A DNA stretch of 64,000 bases from Chrysomallon squamiferum (lineage: Eukaryota > Animalia > Mollusca). Made by a program: the position numbers and the translations under genes. A model generated the notes under the pieces. The model worked only from the letters and a program-made list of their open reading frames with translations, searched no databases and was not told the origin of the DNA. Where the stretch lies: the NCBI GenBank assembly GCA_012295275.1, contig CM022671.1, forward strand, positions 27,652,001-27,716,000. Direction: 5' to 3'. This document shows, one piece after another, positions 1 through 12,665 of this stretch; the stretch's first letter is position 1, and each line of letters starts with the position of its first letter.

Positions 1-106
1 AATATAACATGTTAGTTTCAAACCATATATTTTTATATTTTATTTTGTTTTGTTTCATTTTGTTTTGTTTTATTAATGTCATTTAGAATTTAGTTTATAA
101 TTATAA

Positions 107-292
<186 letters not shown>

Positions 293-375
293 TAACTGTA
301 TTTTAAAACAGGTATTAAAATGGAGCATTAATTTAAATGATGAAAACTCGACGGATGGCTTTAAACTTTATTATT

Positions 376-471
376 CAAGCAAACTAATACTTACTCAAGT
401 CATTGTTTCACATTTAAAATTAACAAGCAAACTAATACTTATTCAAGTTATTGTTTTACGTTTAAAAATAA
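376..471. repeat. 48-bp tandem duplication in a VMP1 intron
   Basis: caagcaaactaatactta(c/t)tcaagt(c/t)attgttt... occurs at 376 and again at 424. Confidence 0.85.
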
Positions 472-525
472 GAGTTAGCCATAAATAAACAAGGCTCCTC
501 TCAATATTGTTTTCTTCTTTTTCAG

Positions 526-587
526 AAACTGTTTGTTATATTTCTGTTTAGCAAGCATCATGTTGAGTCAGTGGTTGCTCTGTTAGG
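526..587 (+). CDS. VMP1: VMP1 internal exon
   Basis: ttcag acceptor, gtaagt donor, phase 0-2; encodes KLFVIFLFSKHHVESVVALL(G), matching the human KIFVIITFSKHIVEQMV region. Confidence 0.95.
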
Positions 588-809
588 GTAAGTTATGCAC
601 ATTATTTTAAAACAGCACATACATAAAAGAAACATTTTAGGCTCACAGCAAAATGTATTTAACCCAAGAAGGACGTTTTAAACAAGTAATTTCTATTTTT
701 ATTGAAAAAAACCTCAGAATTTGAATTTATATATTCATTCCTTTAATAAACTAAGAAAACTATTTTGTTTTGATAATATTAACAGTGTAAATAAATTGTT
801 TTATTTTAG

Positions 810-903
810 GAAATATTTGGGTTCATCTGTCCAAACTCCATTTAGCAACTGGCTTGAAGCACAAAAGAAAAAATTGCATATTTCTGGAGAAAAAATAGTA
901 TCA
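810..903 (+). CDS. VMP1: VMP1 penultimate coding exon
   Basis: tttag acceptor, gtaagt donor, phase 2-0; encodes KYLGSSVQTPFSNWLEAQKKKLHISGEKIVS (human PFQEYLEAQRQKLH). Confidence 0.93.
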
Positions 904-1130
904 GTAAGTGTGTTAAATACTACTTTTAATTTGATAAAAATTCTTCAAACAAAACTGTAAAGTAATATAGTCCTTAGCATATATAAAATTGTGCAAAGTA
1001 TACTCTAAGTAGTTTTTGTGTGTGTAACAAAATCTGTACTTAAATAGTGTGATAAATAGTTTTTGTATCTGAAAAGTAATATTTTGGTAAATAATAAAGT
1101 GTATTCTGTGTTTGTTAAGTTTATTTTATA

Positions 1131-1143
1131 TGTGTGTGTATGT

Positions 1144-1208
<65 letters not shown>
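1131..1208 (+). repeat. (TG)n(TA)n microsatellite in the last VMP1 intron
   Basis: Direct reading. Confidence 0.97.
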
Positions 1209-1209
<1 letters not shown>

Positions 1210-1588
1210 ACACATTTTAAAAGTTTATTACTCATCCTATCATATTTGTTTATAACAACTGGCCTTCATATGTTTAGTGAATCTTTTATCAATAAACTTA
1301 CAAAGTAAATTAGGAAATAAAAAGAAAATTACGTTAACACATTGAAAAAAAAAATTCATTTAAATCTATATTAATTCCAGATTCACATCACTATGACAAT
1401 TAAACATCTGTGAAACAGCAAGTTGATGGTTAAAGCAGAACATGTTGAATAATAAAATAATCACTGATGGAATTTTCTTAATGAATTGTTTTGAAAGATA
1501 ATGAATGATACAGCAAAAACAAATAGCAAAGTCTTGTCACATAATAATTTCCTTTATTCCCTGTTTTTTTTTTGTTTGTTTTTTTCAG

Positions 1589-1747
1589 GATTCTAATATT
1601 TTATCGTGGATATTTGAGAAAGTCATTATTGTGATGGTTGCCTACTTCATCCTGTCCATTGTGAATTCCATGGCTCAGAATTACCACAAGAGACTGAGCA
1701 AAGCTGGCCGAAGGGTATTGAGTGCAGACAAACCGTGTCAAGAATAG
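1589..1747 (+). CDS. VMP1: VMP1 terminal coding exon
   Basis: Polypyrimidine tract + cag acceptor; encodes [52 protein letters not shown] then TAG (human [31 protein letters not shown]). Confidence 0.96.
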   Translation, partial: DSNILSWIFEKVIIVMVAYFILSIVNSMAQNYHKRLSKAGRRVLSADKPCQE

Positions 1748-3069
1748 CTACCTTAACAGTCCATAGATTGAAGCTGAACAGTAACTCTTTATCAAATGCA
1801 TGCAATCTATTTTTAAAATGTTTACAACAATTAGTTGACGTGCCTTTGATAATAGGCTGGAAAAGTCTTTTTAAAAAGTGATAGCTATTTTTCTTAAATT
1901 ATTTTCTTTTATCTGTTATTTACATATATATGTGTGTGTGTGTTTGTGTGTGTGTGTGTATATATATATATATTTTATTTTTCAGTTATATTTCTATGTT
2001 AGTAGATAACAATAAAACCAGGTTCAAAGATTCAGTTTTTATTTTATGTTTCTGAAAAAGTTGTTGTTGTTTTGTTAAATAGTTAATTTTTTGAAAGAAA
2101 TGTTCATTATAAGTTTTAATTTTTTATTATTATTATTATTATTAATATTATTTTTTTTTTTTAAATTATAATATTTTAAACTTACATTTTTTGAAAAACA
2201 ATTTCAGTTTATTCATGAAACTTTTTTCATTTTATACACACACACACATTCACACACATTTAGTATTGAAATTGTAGTTGTGATTTTAAATTATTAACAT
2301 TTTAAAACTAATTAATTCTTTTTGTTTAAATTCTTTCTTTTTTTACATGGCCAGTAGGAATATTTTTGTATATATTAGAATATACATTTTGTTATTGATT
2401 TTTTTTTATCATCTTTTAATAATTTATTGCTGCATGTTACTGTAATTGTTAAAATCTGCATATCGGATAAAGCAGTAAATTTAAAATTATCACATTGTAC
2501 ATAGTAATACACATGTAAACAATAATCTAAATGCAAATTAAATTAATTATTTTTTATTTTATCTGATATAAAAGATAATTTTATTTATTATTATTATTAT
2601 TTATGTGTTTGCCTTTAATATTAGATTGTATTACATGAATAGCAAATGTAAATTTGTTTGCAATGTTTGTTGTTTTAAATGCATATAAGCAATTTGGATT
2701 TCAGTTTGTGAAAAACCTGACAAATTAACTTTTCTAAATTATTTCCCTTTATATAATATTATGTAGAATGTGAGACAGTTAAAATTCACCATTTTGAAAT
2801 CTCTGTTCTGGCAGTTACAATCATATTTGTTGAGACAAACCCTAATTTTTTTTATTTGCTTATAAAAAGTTAAATCCAGTATATTCTTGATAACATAAAT
2901 TCTGTTTGATGTCCAGATGCTTTTCTTTTTGTTTTCAGTTGTTTTGTGCATACTCTGTTTTGTTTTTTTCAGTAAATTATCAGATTGACCAAGTAAATAA
3001 AAACCACATTTCCAATGCATGTTATGTACACTACAATTTAAAATTTGTTACTTTTATTATTTTATTTTA

Positions 3070-3125
<56 letters not shown>

Positions 3126-3810
3126 TTTTAATATGTATATATATGTTTGTTACATAAAAGTGCACATAAAATGAATTTCTGACCAAGACAAATTTGTTAA
3201 AGATCTCATTCATCCAGCTGATTTTACAAACAGTTCTTACCTTAATTTTGACTGAACCGTAAAAAATGAATGTTAACCTTAAGATGTGTACATTTTCATT
3301 TAGAAATAAACAAATTCCCTTTAACAGATTTAATTCACTAAAAGGCAGATAACCAAATTTAATTTTTTTTTAAATTATTATTATTAATTTAATTTTTTTT
3401 AATAATGTACTTTGATTTTATTAGTAGCTTATTATTCCAGTCTTTAAATGCCATAGCTTTAAAAATAATTAATAATTATAGTTGGTTTTGTCATTTACTA
3501 ATATTTTATTATGCATTGATTGAACATATGTGTGAATGTATTAATTTTATAGTAAATAATAATGTAAAACCTGTACAAATTGTTTAAAGAAAGTCTTTAT
3601 TTGTTAGATATGTGTATATATTCCCAAAGGACCACACACACATTCATATATGTATATATAACTTACACACACATTCAAGTCAACCCCTCATTCAGAATAA
3701 CATTTTAGGAAGGTTTAGTTTTGATTTTTTCAAACTGTTTTGTCGCAATTACAATGCTTAGATAGCCATTGTATTTTCATCCTCTTCTATTTTTATTATT
3801 TATTTATTTA

Positions 3811-3861
<51 letters not shown>

Positions 3862-4749
3862 TGTATTATTATTATTATTTTGTTTGTTTGTTTTTTAATT
3901 AATAATATGTTACTGCATAAACAATAATAAACAAACAATTTTTTTTTTTTTTTAAAACTGCGAAAATCTCAAATCATATTAAAACAAAGAATACTGTTAT
4001 AAATATTTATCGTTTAAGAAATATCATCAATATTGTGTTGTCTTTTATTTTTCACACTACATACATTTAGTAATTTTCTAACTCAGTAAAGTCATAAAGA
4101 CTTTATAAAAGTAATCACTGTTTGTTTTTACTAAGTATTAATGTTCACAGGCATTATGTTATTTTACCATGTACCAGTGTTTTGTGCTTTGGTTAGAGTA
4201 AGTAAAAATCTGAGTGTGTAAAGTGACATATTAATGTTATGTGATTGTTGTGGCTCCCTGTTTGTAAAGATAACATTCAAATGTTATTACTGTAAATGTG
4301 TAAATGTGCTTTATGTTTCTGTTTGAAATGTGTTGATGTGAAATATATTCTGATATCCTTGTTCAGAATCAGACAGAGTAGTTATTTTTTATGTGATATT
4401 TGTTAAAAAAAAAAAAGAAAGAAAAGAAACAGAAGGAACATTTTTTACCATTTATGTCATGTCTGATTTTGAGCATAAAATATTGTATTATTCATTGTTA
4501 ATAACTGATTATTTTTGACATTCAAAATGACAATGATTAGTATTATTATTGTATTTCTACTGTAGCATGATTCAGTTGTCTTTTCCTTTCAGACTGGCTT
4601 AATTTAAAACATGATTTCTATTTCAATTTACTCATTTTCAAAGACAGAAGTTGTTTGTCTGAAATGTGGCTCCCATTTTTTTTTTTTTTTTTTTTTTAAT
4701 GCTCTTGGATCTCTAAGCTGTAACTAGCACCTTTACAACAATGTGTATT

Positions 4750-5005
4750 ACAGTTAGCTCTAGTATCAAGTGTTCATTCTAACTGGCTGTTACCCTGAGT
4801 ATGCTTTTTAATTGGCTCCTATACTGAATGCTTAATGATGTGATTGGCTGTTAATCTGAGTGTGCATTCCAGATTGCACTTATAGCAAGAATCCTTTATG
4901 ATTGGCTGTTATATTGAATATGCATTCTAATTGGCTGTTATGTTTATAATAACTACATGCTGTTTTTTTTTTTTTTTTTAAATGTGGATTTTAACTGGCT
5001 GTTTG
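4750..5005. repeat. Degenerate ~29-bp minisatellite with an (a)ttggctgtta core
   Basis: Core or variants at 4754, 4783, 4812, 4844, 4873, 4902, 4931 and 4995. Confidence 0.75.
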
Positions 5006-5133
5006 CTATATATGATCATTAGGATGTGTGATGACTGCCTGTTGCACTAATACTCCTGTTCAGTGTTTTATATATTAATGTTTGGTCAAGTGTACAGAGA
5101 TGTGTTGTTAAGTATGAATGTACAAATACATTA

Positions 5134-5139
5134 AATAAA
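5134..5139 (+). terminator. Candidate distal polyadenylation signal of VMP1
   Basis: AATAAA preceded by TGTA elements and followed by GT-rich sequence near 5200; a proximal AATAAA is at 2011. The hexamer is common in AT-rich DNA. Confidence 0.3.
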
Positions 5140-7392
5140 ACTTAATCTAGAGAAAAGAAATGAAAAGAAGCCTTCCCAATACCAAAATACATTCCTGCAT
5201 GTTCTGGGTTTTGTGTTACCTCAGTTTTTTGTGGATAGAATGTTTATGTCATATTTTATATTTCTATTATTTCACTGTAAAAGATATTTATGTTATTCAT
5301 CAAACAGGGGTTTTTTTGTAATAATTTGTAAATGTTCTGTTATATAATATTACATTCATCCTTCATGTTTTAATGTGTAATTGAACTTAGAAAGTGACAG
5401 ATGCTGTTATATTTTCCATTTTAGACAGATCTTCTAGCCATAGAAGTAGTTACTGAAGGATCTGGTTATTTTTGTTTTAAATTAATTTATTTATCTGTCT
5501 ATTTATTATCAAAAGTTGATGAAATAGATCTACAAATGTGGCTTCATCAGCATTTAGTTTTGTTTAAGAAATATCAGCAATGTTGTGTGTCTTTTATTTT
5601 CACACTGCATACATTCAGTAATTTTCTAACACAGTAAGGTCATAAGAACTTTATAAAGTTAATCACAGTATTTGTGTCATGTAAGTTTAACTTTTCATCG
5701 TTAATATGCACCTCGAGACTCATGAATATGTAAAGTCTCATGAATGTTTATTAGTCCCAAGACATCATGTGTATTCATGTTTGAGTATGTATTAATGTTA
5801 CGAGTAATATATATATATATAAATATATATATTCTAGTTTTTATTTCAAGATTACATTCATCTAGTACCATATAAAATTGAAATATATTTAAAATTTTCT
5901 TTAAAGAAAGAAACATGAATTTAAACATGCATATTTAAGTGAAAGCGTGGTTGAAAAAGCTAAAACATATTTGAAAACAACATAATCACTGGTAACATAT
6001 TTAAATTGAAATTCATTGAAAGCTAAAATGTGTAGATAATGTCTGCTTTAAAAAGTAAGGTCATTTGTTTGAAAAAAACACCCAGAAAATAACAGGGCTG
6101 GGACATGTATTTAAAAATATAACTGTGATATTCAGTTTACTGTTATTTAAAGTTTTTAAATTGGCTTAATTTCAATGTCATTGTTCAGTCGTGTATTAAC
6201 AGATCTTTAAAAATAATGTTTAAATATTTATTTATTTATGTTTAAAATTTATTATTATTAATTTTTTAATATATTTTAAAACATTTTCTTCTTTTTTTTT
6301 TTTTTTTTTTTTTATTTATTTCTTTTTTAATATTAAATTGGTACTGATGTTTCTGGAAGTAACAGGGATTATTTGAAAAATGAAAATTAATACATATAGC
6401 ATAATATTGTGATATCAGACTTAAAATATTTTAACAGGCCATTAAAAGGATAACTCTAAACCACTTGTTTATTATTATTAAGCAGCATGAGTTAAAACGT
6501 ATATGGAATTCTTTAGAAAAAAAATTCCCAGAAATCTTAATTACATTAAATAATCTAAATTCACACTAACAGACTATACATTTCTTATTATGTTATTTAA
6601 CATACCTAATCATTGATACATAATAATATATATATACTTGTGTGTATTAAGAGTTTTGTTCAGTTGTAAAATTTTGTTAGTTGAACAAGTTTTTTGTATA
6701 ATTTTGGAAGTTGTACCATTACACCGTTTCCTTTTATTGTACATGTTGATTAAAGAGATATAAAAAAAGAGTGTTTTGTACTTGTACTTAATCTGCATTT
6801 ATCAGTTTGACAGTAAACTGGTTATAGTACACTTAATTTTTATTTCAAACCACTACATCCGAAAGTCCAGATGTTACACAATTAACATTCTTTACACAAA
6901 AATATTACATCAGTAATAATAAAATGCGTGGCCTTCACCTAAGAGTACTAGAATATCTTTAGGATATTGAATGATACATTTATATATTTAGAAAAAATAA
7001 CTATCATTAAATCTTCTAAGAAAAAAGTTACTGGACCAGTTGTTTGTTAGAGAAAATGGGAAGAAAAGTATTATTTAAGGACATACTTAATTTTAATCTA
7101 TTATTTTTGGCGTCTCATACATATGGTTAAAGTCCACACAAATATCTTCTCTTTTTTTTTTTTTTTTTTTTTTTTGGTTTGTATTTTTGTCTTGTTATTT
7201 GAAAGAAAATGAAGTGCGATGAATCATTCGGACACTGTCCAAAATGAAAATTAACTACACGAACAAAGGTATCAAAAGATTACTTTATTTTTATTATTGT
7301 GAAAAAATACTATGCGTTTGAGCATTAAAATTCTTTTGAATAAAAAATTAACGAAGACACCCATTATTTTTAAAATATGATTTTGTGTACTC

Positions 7393-7434
<42 letters not shown>

Positions 7435-8073
7435 ATGTACACATATGCACACACACACACACAAAACACACAGATAATGGAAGATATATTTAAATATTAC
7501 TATTGCTGAATAAGTGTTTATTAAACAATAGTACTATTATATTTATAATTACAGAGTTTTATATTCTGTTATTTCTTTTAGATAAATAGAAACAACAATA
7601 TAAAAAATTCACAAGTATGGAAAAACTAAAACAACATGCATATGAGAAACAATAGCAAATTATTTTACACACATGAAAAATTTTGAAAAAAGGTTACCAT
7701 GAATACAAAGGGCCTAAAGTTCCTCCATTTCTCCCATCTCAGATATGCACATGAATTAAGGACATTGTATTTTCTAATATTCCATTATACAGAGCTGAAA
7801 AAAGGCAGGAATCTATGACAAATAATTTATATAGGTTTTGTTTGATGAGTCTTTGTCTTCAATGTCCTAGGGAACACCTGCTTTTGTCATTTTATAAATC
7901 CACCTTTTACCATAAAGGGATGATATTTCCTTCAAATAATGTAATAAACTGTATGTAGTTACCATCTGAAGAATTTTGGCCGCACTGTTTGCATGCTGTT
8001 TACTTATAAGCAGAGAGGAGGCTTTTGTGATCCAATATAAGCAGACTTACTTCATTCAAATACTTAATGAATT

Positions 8074-8152
8074 TCAGAAGGTTAAATTGAAAAGTTTCCA
8101 TTCCAGATCCAGAGCAGTGTCATCACATCTTGATCTCAACCAGCGCATTAAA
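8074..8152 (-). CDS. Group III PLA2 exon 5 (C-terminus)
   Basis: TTTCTTGTTGCAG acceptor, phase compatible; (S)LMRWLRSRCDDTALDLEWKLFNLTF-TGA supplies a partner Cys for KCVH. Total CDS 660 nt, 219 aa. Confidence 0.8.
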
Positions 8153-8175
8153 CTGCAACAAGAAATACTTACAGA

Positions 8176-8209
<34 letters not shown>

Positions 8210-8437
8210 TGTGTCTCTCTCTTGTCTGTTTCTCTGTATGTGTTTGTATGTATATGTGTTATCATTCTGCAGGCTACTAGATTTATTTTTAATATAAATA
8301 TTAAATTGTAAAATAATTATTTAGTTATGAATGCCTTTGTTTATTTTTTTAATATATATAAAGACTTTGTTTTCTCTTTTTTGTTTTTAATTAAAGACAC
8401 TTTATTGATCCTTCTGCAGGAAAATCATTGTATGTAC

Positions 8438-8584
8438 CTGCCATGAACACATTTTGATTTCCGAGTAGGATTTAAACATGTAGGCCGCAGAAAGTTGAAA
8501 TAAATACCACCCACATATTTGGCTATGTCTTCAGAGGCATTTTTCAGACAGTAGTAAAACTCTTTGTCACAGTCACATGATACT
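8438..8584 (-). CDS. Group III PLA2 exon 4
   Basis: Phase 2-2; (R)VSCDCDKEFYYCLKNASEDIAKYVGGIYFNFLRPTCLNPTRKSKCVHG contains the CxCDxxFxxCL and VGxxYFN motifs. Confidence 0.96.
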
Positions 8585-9260
8585 CTGGTTGTTTTCAAAA
8601 ACAAGAATGAAAACAAAAGGAATGAGTGATAACTAATATTAAATATCATCATGGCATTAACTCAGTTTTAAATATATTTAAAAAATAAATAAAACAAATA
8701 CAAATTCCCTGACTTACTATTTCACCATCCATATTGATACAATTAAAGCTCATATTTTTGGGTGACTGTTGTTGTTTTTTTAAATAAAAGAAAATTAGAA
8801 AATAAATAAATAAATAAAATTAAAATAAATAACATAATATAAAAACAAGTGGGAAATCAAACAACACAGTTTGTGAATGGGTACTAATTGCAAAACTGAA
8901 TATACACGATGTATCAGTAACTGGTGCTTATTACAAACATTAACATAATGTTCAGTGGATGAGTACTAAATATATGCATTATGTAGTTAAATATAGTGTA
9001 TACCTGTTTGTATATGCAAATAGCATGTACTTAATGACATTTATTGTAAAACTATGAAACTAAATCTTCATAGCTGATTAATGGATGACGACAGAGATAT
9101 TACGAAACTAACCCCACACCAGATGACTAAGTAAAAATAGCAAAATAAAAAAAATAAATAAATAAAATAAAAATAAAAAGTTTCTCGAGTAACAGGTATT
9201 GGGACTGTTTACAAAGGTTAAAGGTTAGCTGTTAAAAACATTACAAAAACTGAAAGTTAC

Positions 9261-9420
9261 CTGGTGAAAGGATATCGATTATGCAGATTATATCGATGAC
9301 TGTAAGCATCGATTTGAATATCGCAGTTATCATGGTCACGGCAGCAGGCGTCAGTCTCGTTTCTAAAACCTAGGTCCGAGTAGTTAGAAGCGATGTTTCC
9401 TCCGCCACACCACTTGGTAC
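9261..9420 (-). CDS. Group III PLA2 exon 3 (Ca2+ loop and catalytic His-Asp)
   Basis: Phase 1-2; TKWCGGGNIASNYSDLGFRNETDACCRDHDNCDIQIDAYSHRYNLHNRYPFT contains the WCGxGN and DxCCRxHDxC motifs of bee-venom/PLA2G3-type enzymes. Confidence 0.97.
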
Positions 9421-9796
9421 CTAAATATAAACCAACTAACAAATGTCAAAATAGAGAGAAATGATATTTTTAAAGGTAAACAAGAAAGAACATTTAAAAA
9501 GATTAATAAAATAAAACAACTAAATAATAAAAAAAAAAAAAAAAAAAAAAAGAAAGAAGAATATTTTAAACCAAATCCACCTATATCAGTATATGTATAT
9601 ACATATAGAAGGTGTGCGTTATATAAGTCTGTATGTGTGAATGTTTACAAATGACATTAATTAAAAAACAAAGAAAAACAATTATTACTAAAAAGTAGAA
9701 ATAAAAAAAAAAATAATAATAATAAAAAAAAAAAAAAAATAAAACGGTAAATGTCCTACTTGTCAAAGCAGACTTATCATCAACAAATCATCGTAC

Positions 9797-9915
9797 CTGG
9801 AAACATCAGGCCTCGTTTTGAAACGTGATGACGTCTGCAAGCTTTTAATAATCTGTTCATGGTTAATGTGGTCACTGCTGTAATTCTTACTTTTTCCGCT
9901 TTCACTCTACTGACA
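9797..9915 (-). CDS. Group III PLA2 exon 2 (propeptide, KR site, start of mature enzyme)
   Basis: Phase 2-1; (S)VSRVKAEKVRITAVTTLTMNRLLKACRRHHVSKRGLMFP(G); CAG|GTACGA donor joins to give the family motif FPGTKWCG. Confidence 0.9.
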
Positions 9916-10128
9916 CTGTTTTTGAAATTATTAGTAATTAAAACGTATTAAATTAGATTGTTTAATATTTATTTATTTATTTATTTCAATGTTTCTACAC
10001 AATACATGCAATATTTGAAGGGATAAGGATTTGGTAAAAACAACTAATAAACAAATATTGCAGTACATATCGAACGTTATTTCAGGATGAACAGATCAAC
10101 ATTATAAAATAAATAAATACATAAATAC

Positions 10129-10166
<38 letters not shown>

Positions 10167-10314
10167 GTAATAATAATAAAACAATTTAAAATAAAGTCAC
10201 ATAAAATTTGAATTTAAAACTAATAATCATAATAGTAATAAAACAAAAAATAATGGGGCCTATCGAGCTGTTCCCTTTATTGTTGTTATCATCATCTTCA
10301 TCATTTGTATTGGC

Positions 10315-10374
<60 letters not shown>

Positions 10375-10436
10375 TAATTAATTAATTAATTAAACAGCTT
10401 AAAAAAAAAAAAAAAAAAAATAAATTAATAATTTAC

Positions 10437-10591
10437 CTTAAAACATCACATCGAATATTCCCGTTTTTGTCGACACGGTATTGTATTGTTTGTTTTCCAT
10501 CAGTGACCGTGTTCTCTTCTGTGCCACTTTCGTTAAACTCAGAGACACCTATTACGATCAAATACATAAACAAAACGTTCAGCAACTTCAT
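10437..10591 (-). CDS. Secreted group III phospholipase A2, exon 1 (signal peptide + propeptide)
   Basis: ATG at 10591; MKLLNVLFMYLIVIGVSEFNESGTEENTVTDGKQTIQYRVDKNGNIRCDVL; AG|GTAAAT donor, phase 2; hydrophobic N-terminus. Confidence 0.85.
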
Positions 10592-10659
10592 TTCAGATAT
10601 AATTGTTCACAAATAAATTATGTTGAATGTGTCGATGAGCTGAACATCATAAAAAACAA

Positions 10660-10797
10660 TAGTGTGACGTAGAAGTGACGTCTCCAGTTATTCCAGGATC
10701 GCGGATAATTACCGGTAAAACGGATATTCTCGTCTACTCCAAGCAGACGACATATTTAAAACTGCAATAACAGATATTATGCACATTAAAGGTAAGA
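10660..10797. promoter_or_regulatory. Putative PLA2 promoter with CRE-like sites and a + strand splice donor
   Basis: CpG-rich patch 70-200 bp upstream of the PLA2 ATG with two TGACGT motifs; AAG|GTAAGA at 10791/10792 on +. Confidence 0.45.
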
Positions 10798-11036
10798 CTA
10801 AAAAAAAAATTTTGAATGTATACATAAAGCAACAACAACAATAATAAAAATAGACAAAATAATGCTAGTCTTATGCGAAGTGCATATGTAGTTAATTTTA
10901 ATTATTCGTTTGTAAATAATTATATTAAATCATTATCATTTTATTTAATAAGACTAATCTAAGAATTAATAATAATATAAAATATGATACAGATTTACTA
11001 ACTGGTTTTTCTTTTAATTTACTGTAATTTGTTATA

Positions 11037-11079
<43 letters not shown>

Positions 11080-11949
11080 TCATGAATGTTATATTGTTTG
11101 TCCTTAAAAAGTATATATCAGGTTATTATAGTAATATTGGCATGGGAGATAACTCTTACAACCTTTGAATTACATGTTTTTTTCTTCTTTTACTTTGTAT
11201 TTCATGTATATATGCATGTGTGTCTGTGTGTGTGTGGTGGGTTGAACCAGCAAAACATCTGATAAATTAAACCAGGGTTCAAAGAAAACTACAGGATCTA
11301 TTCAGCGATGTCCCGTCTTTTCCTCCTTAATTATCAATGTTTTTTAATAGATAGGGGGCTTTTGGTAGCATGGACCAATGATTTAAAAAAAATAAAAATA
11401 GGAAACTCATTTGCTTGTATACATAATAGTACATGTTTTAGCAGTTGAAAGCTTTTTGTTTTAATGAAAAAGAGTGAAAATTTAATTTTTAATAAAAAAA
11501 TTTATAAGGCCGGTTGACTGACGTTTAATTTAATTTTTTTTTTAATTTTTATTTTTATTTTCTGTTGTAAAACTGATCCAAACGCTATAATGAATGAATC
11601 AAGGCAATCATTCAAATAACACGTGATCAATTTACTTTTTACATAAACATACGACCTCTAATGCATTGAAAATGGAAATAAATAAATAAATAAATAAATA
11701 AATAAATATACAATTATAATGGTTTCTAGTATCGTTTTACAACTACGTACTCAGAACTGTTTGCTATGTTTTTTTTTAGCAGAGTAATGTATCCACATTA
11801 TGGTACATAATGAAAACAGTCATCTTCATATTCACGCGCCAGCGTCTGTGAAAAATTATTTATTTTATTTAATTTTATTATTTTATTATTGTTTTATTTT
11901 TAGGCTGGCGATAATATCTGAAAAAATATATAGTACGAAACGTGTATGA

Positions 11950-12270
11950 GAAGGTATGACGTCAAAGACGCCAAAAAATAAAAAAGTTTCGACCTTTGCA
12001 GCAATTTCTATTCAGTAATACACATCTGTGTATACGAGGCATTGATTAAATGACATATTTCCCCAAATTATTTTTAATAATCCATGTAGGGTTGACTGCA
12101 TTATGAAGGAATACATATTTAAAAGTTTGTAACTAATCGGCGTTCGACGCTGCCATCTTGGATTTCGATCGGACGTTTCCGTGAGCTCACGGAAATGTTT
12201 GAACTTCTTAAATAAATTATTTTGCGTCCATTTTTCAGAACTTTTTATGATTTACGCTGATAAAGGTAAG
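11950..12270 (+). promoter_or_regulatory. Putative promoter and non-coding first exon, probably of the GAS2-like gene
   Basis: TGACGTCA (11957-11964), YY1-type GCCATCTTG (12152-12160), 20-bp perfect palindrome (12176-12195), CpG-rich, strong donor AAG|GTAAGG at 12265/12266. Confidence 0.55.
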
Positions 12271-12610
12271 GATGGTTGTTCATGTTACCAAACCATGATG
12301 TCACGCGCCTTTTCTAACAACTTTTTCAACTTGATCAAATTTTTCAAACTGGATTATTTTTGTGTAAATGCGATCATAATAAACTGAAATTATAACGCGG
12401 AATAAGATTAATGTATTAACGTTTGTAGTTGTCAGTTCCCCCCCGTCAGAACCCAGCAGAAAAGAACATTTAGGGGTTGTTTGTACCTATTAAATCGACG
12501 AAATTTCTTTGAGGTTTTTTCCGTGACGTAGTTTGTGCTGTTACGAGTTATCGTTCCTGTTGGTCCATGTTACTTTTGGTTTGTTAATACATTCATTTAT
12601 TTACCATTAA

Positions 12611-12665
<55 letters not shown>

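Larger units (their letters stand above)
4012..5666. repeat. ~105-bp direct repeat pair (4012-4118 and 5562-5666)
   Basis: gtttaagaaatatca...ttttcacact(a/g)catacatt(t/c)agtaattttctaac...taatcac is present twice with scattered substitutions. Confidence 0.85.

Noticed and set aside
1736-1747. C-terminal prenylation motif on VMP1 (…PCQE)
   Set aside because: The Cys is third from the end, so it is not a CaaX, CC or CxC motif.
1748-6800. miR-21-like hairpin downstream of VMP1, as in vertebrates
   Set aside because: No miR-21 mature sequence or clear hairpin seen; the family is vertebrate-specific.
8425-8437. PLA2 ending at ...HGRYIQ* as in the ORF track
   Set aside because: A donor at 8437 splices in phase to exon 8152-8074, which supplies the pairing Cys; read-through would be intron retention.
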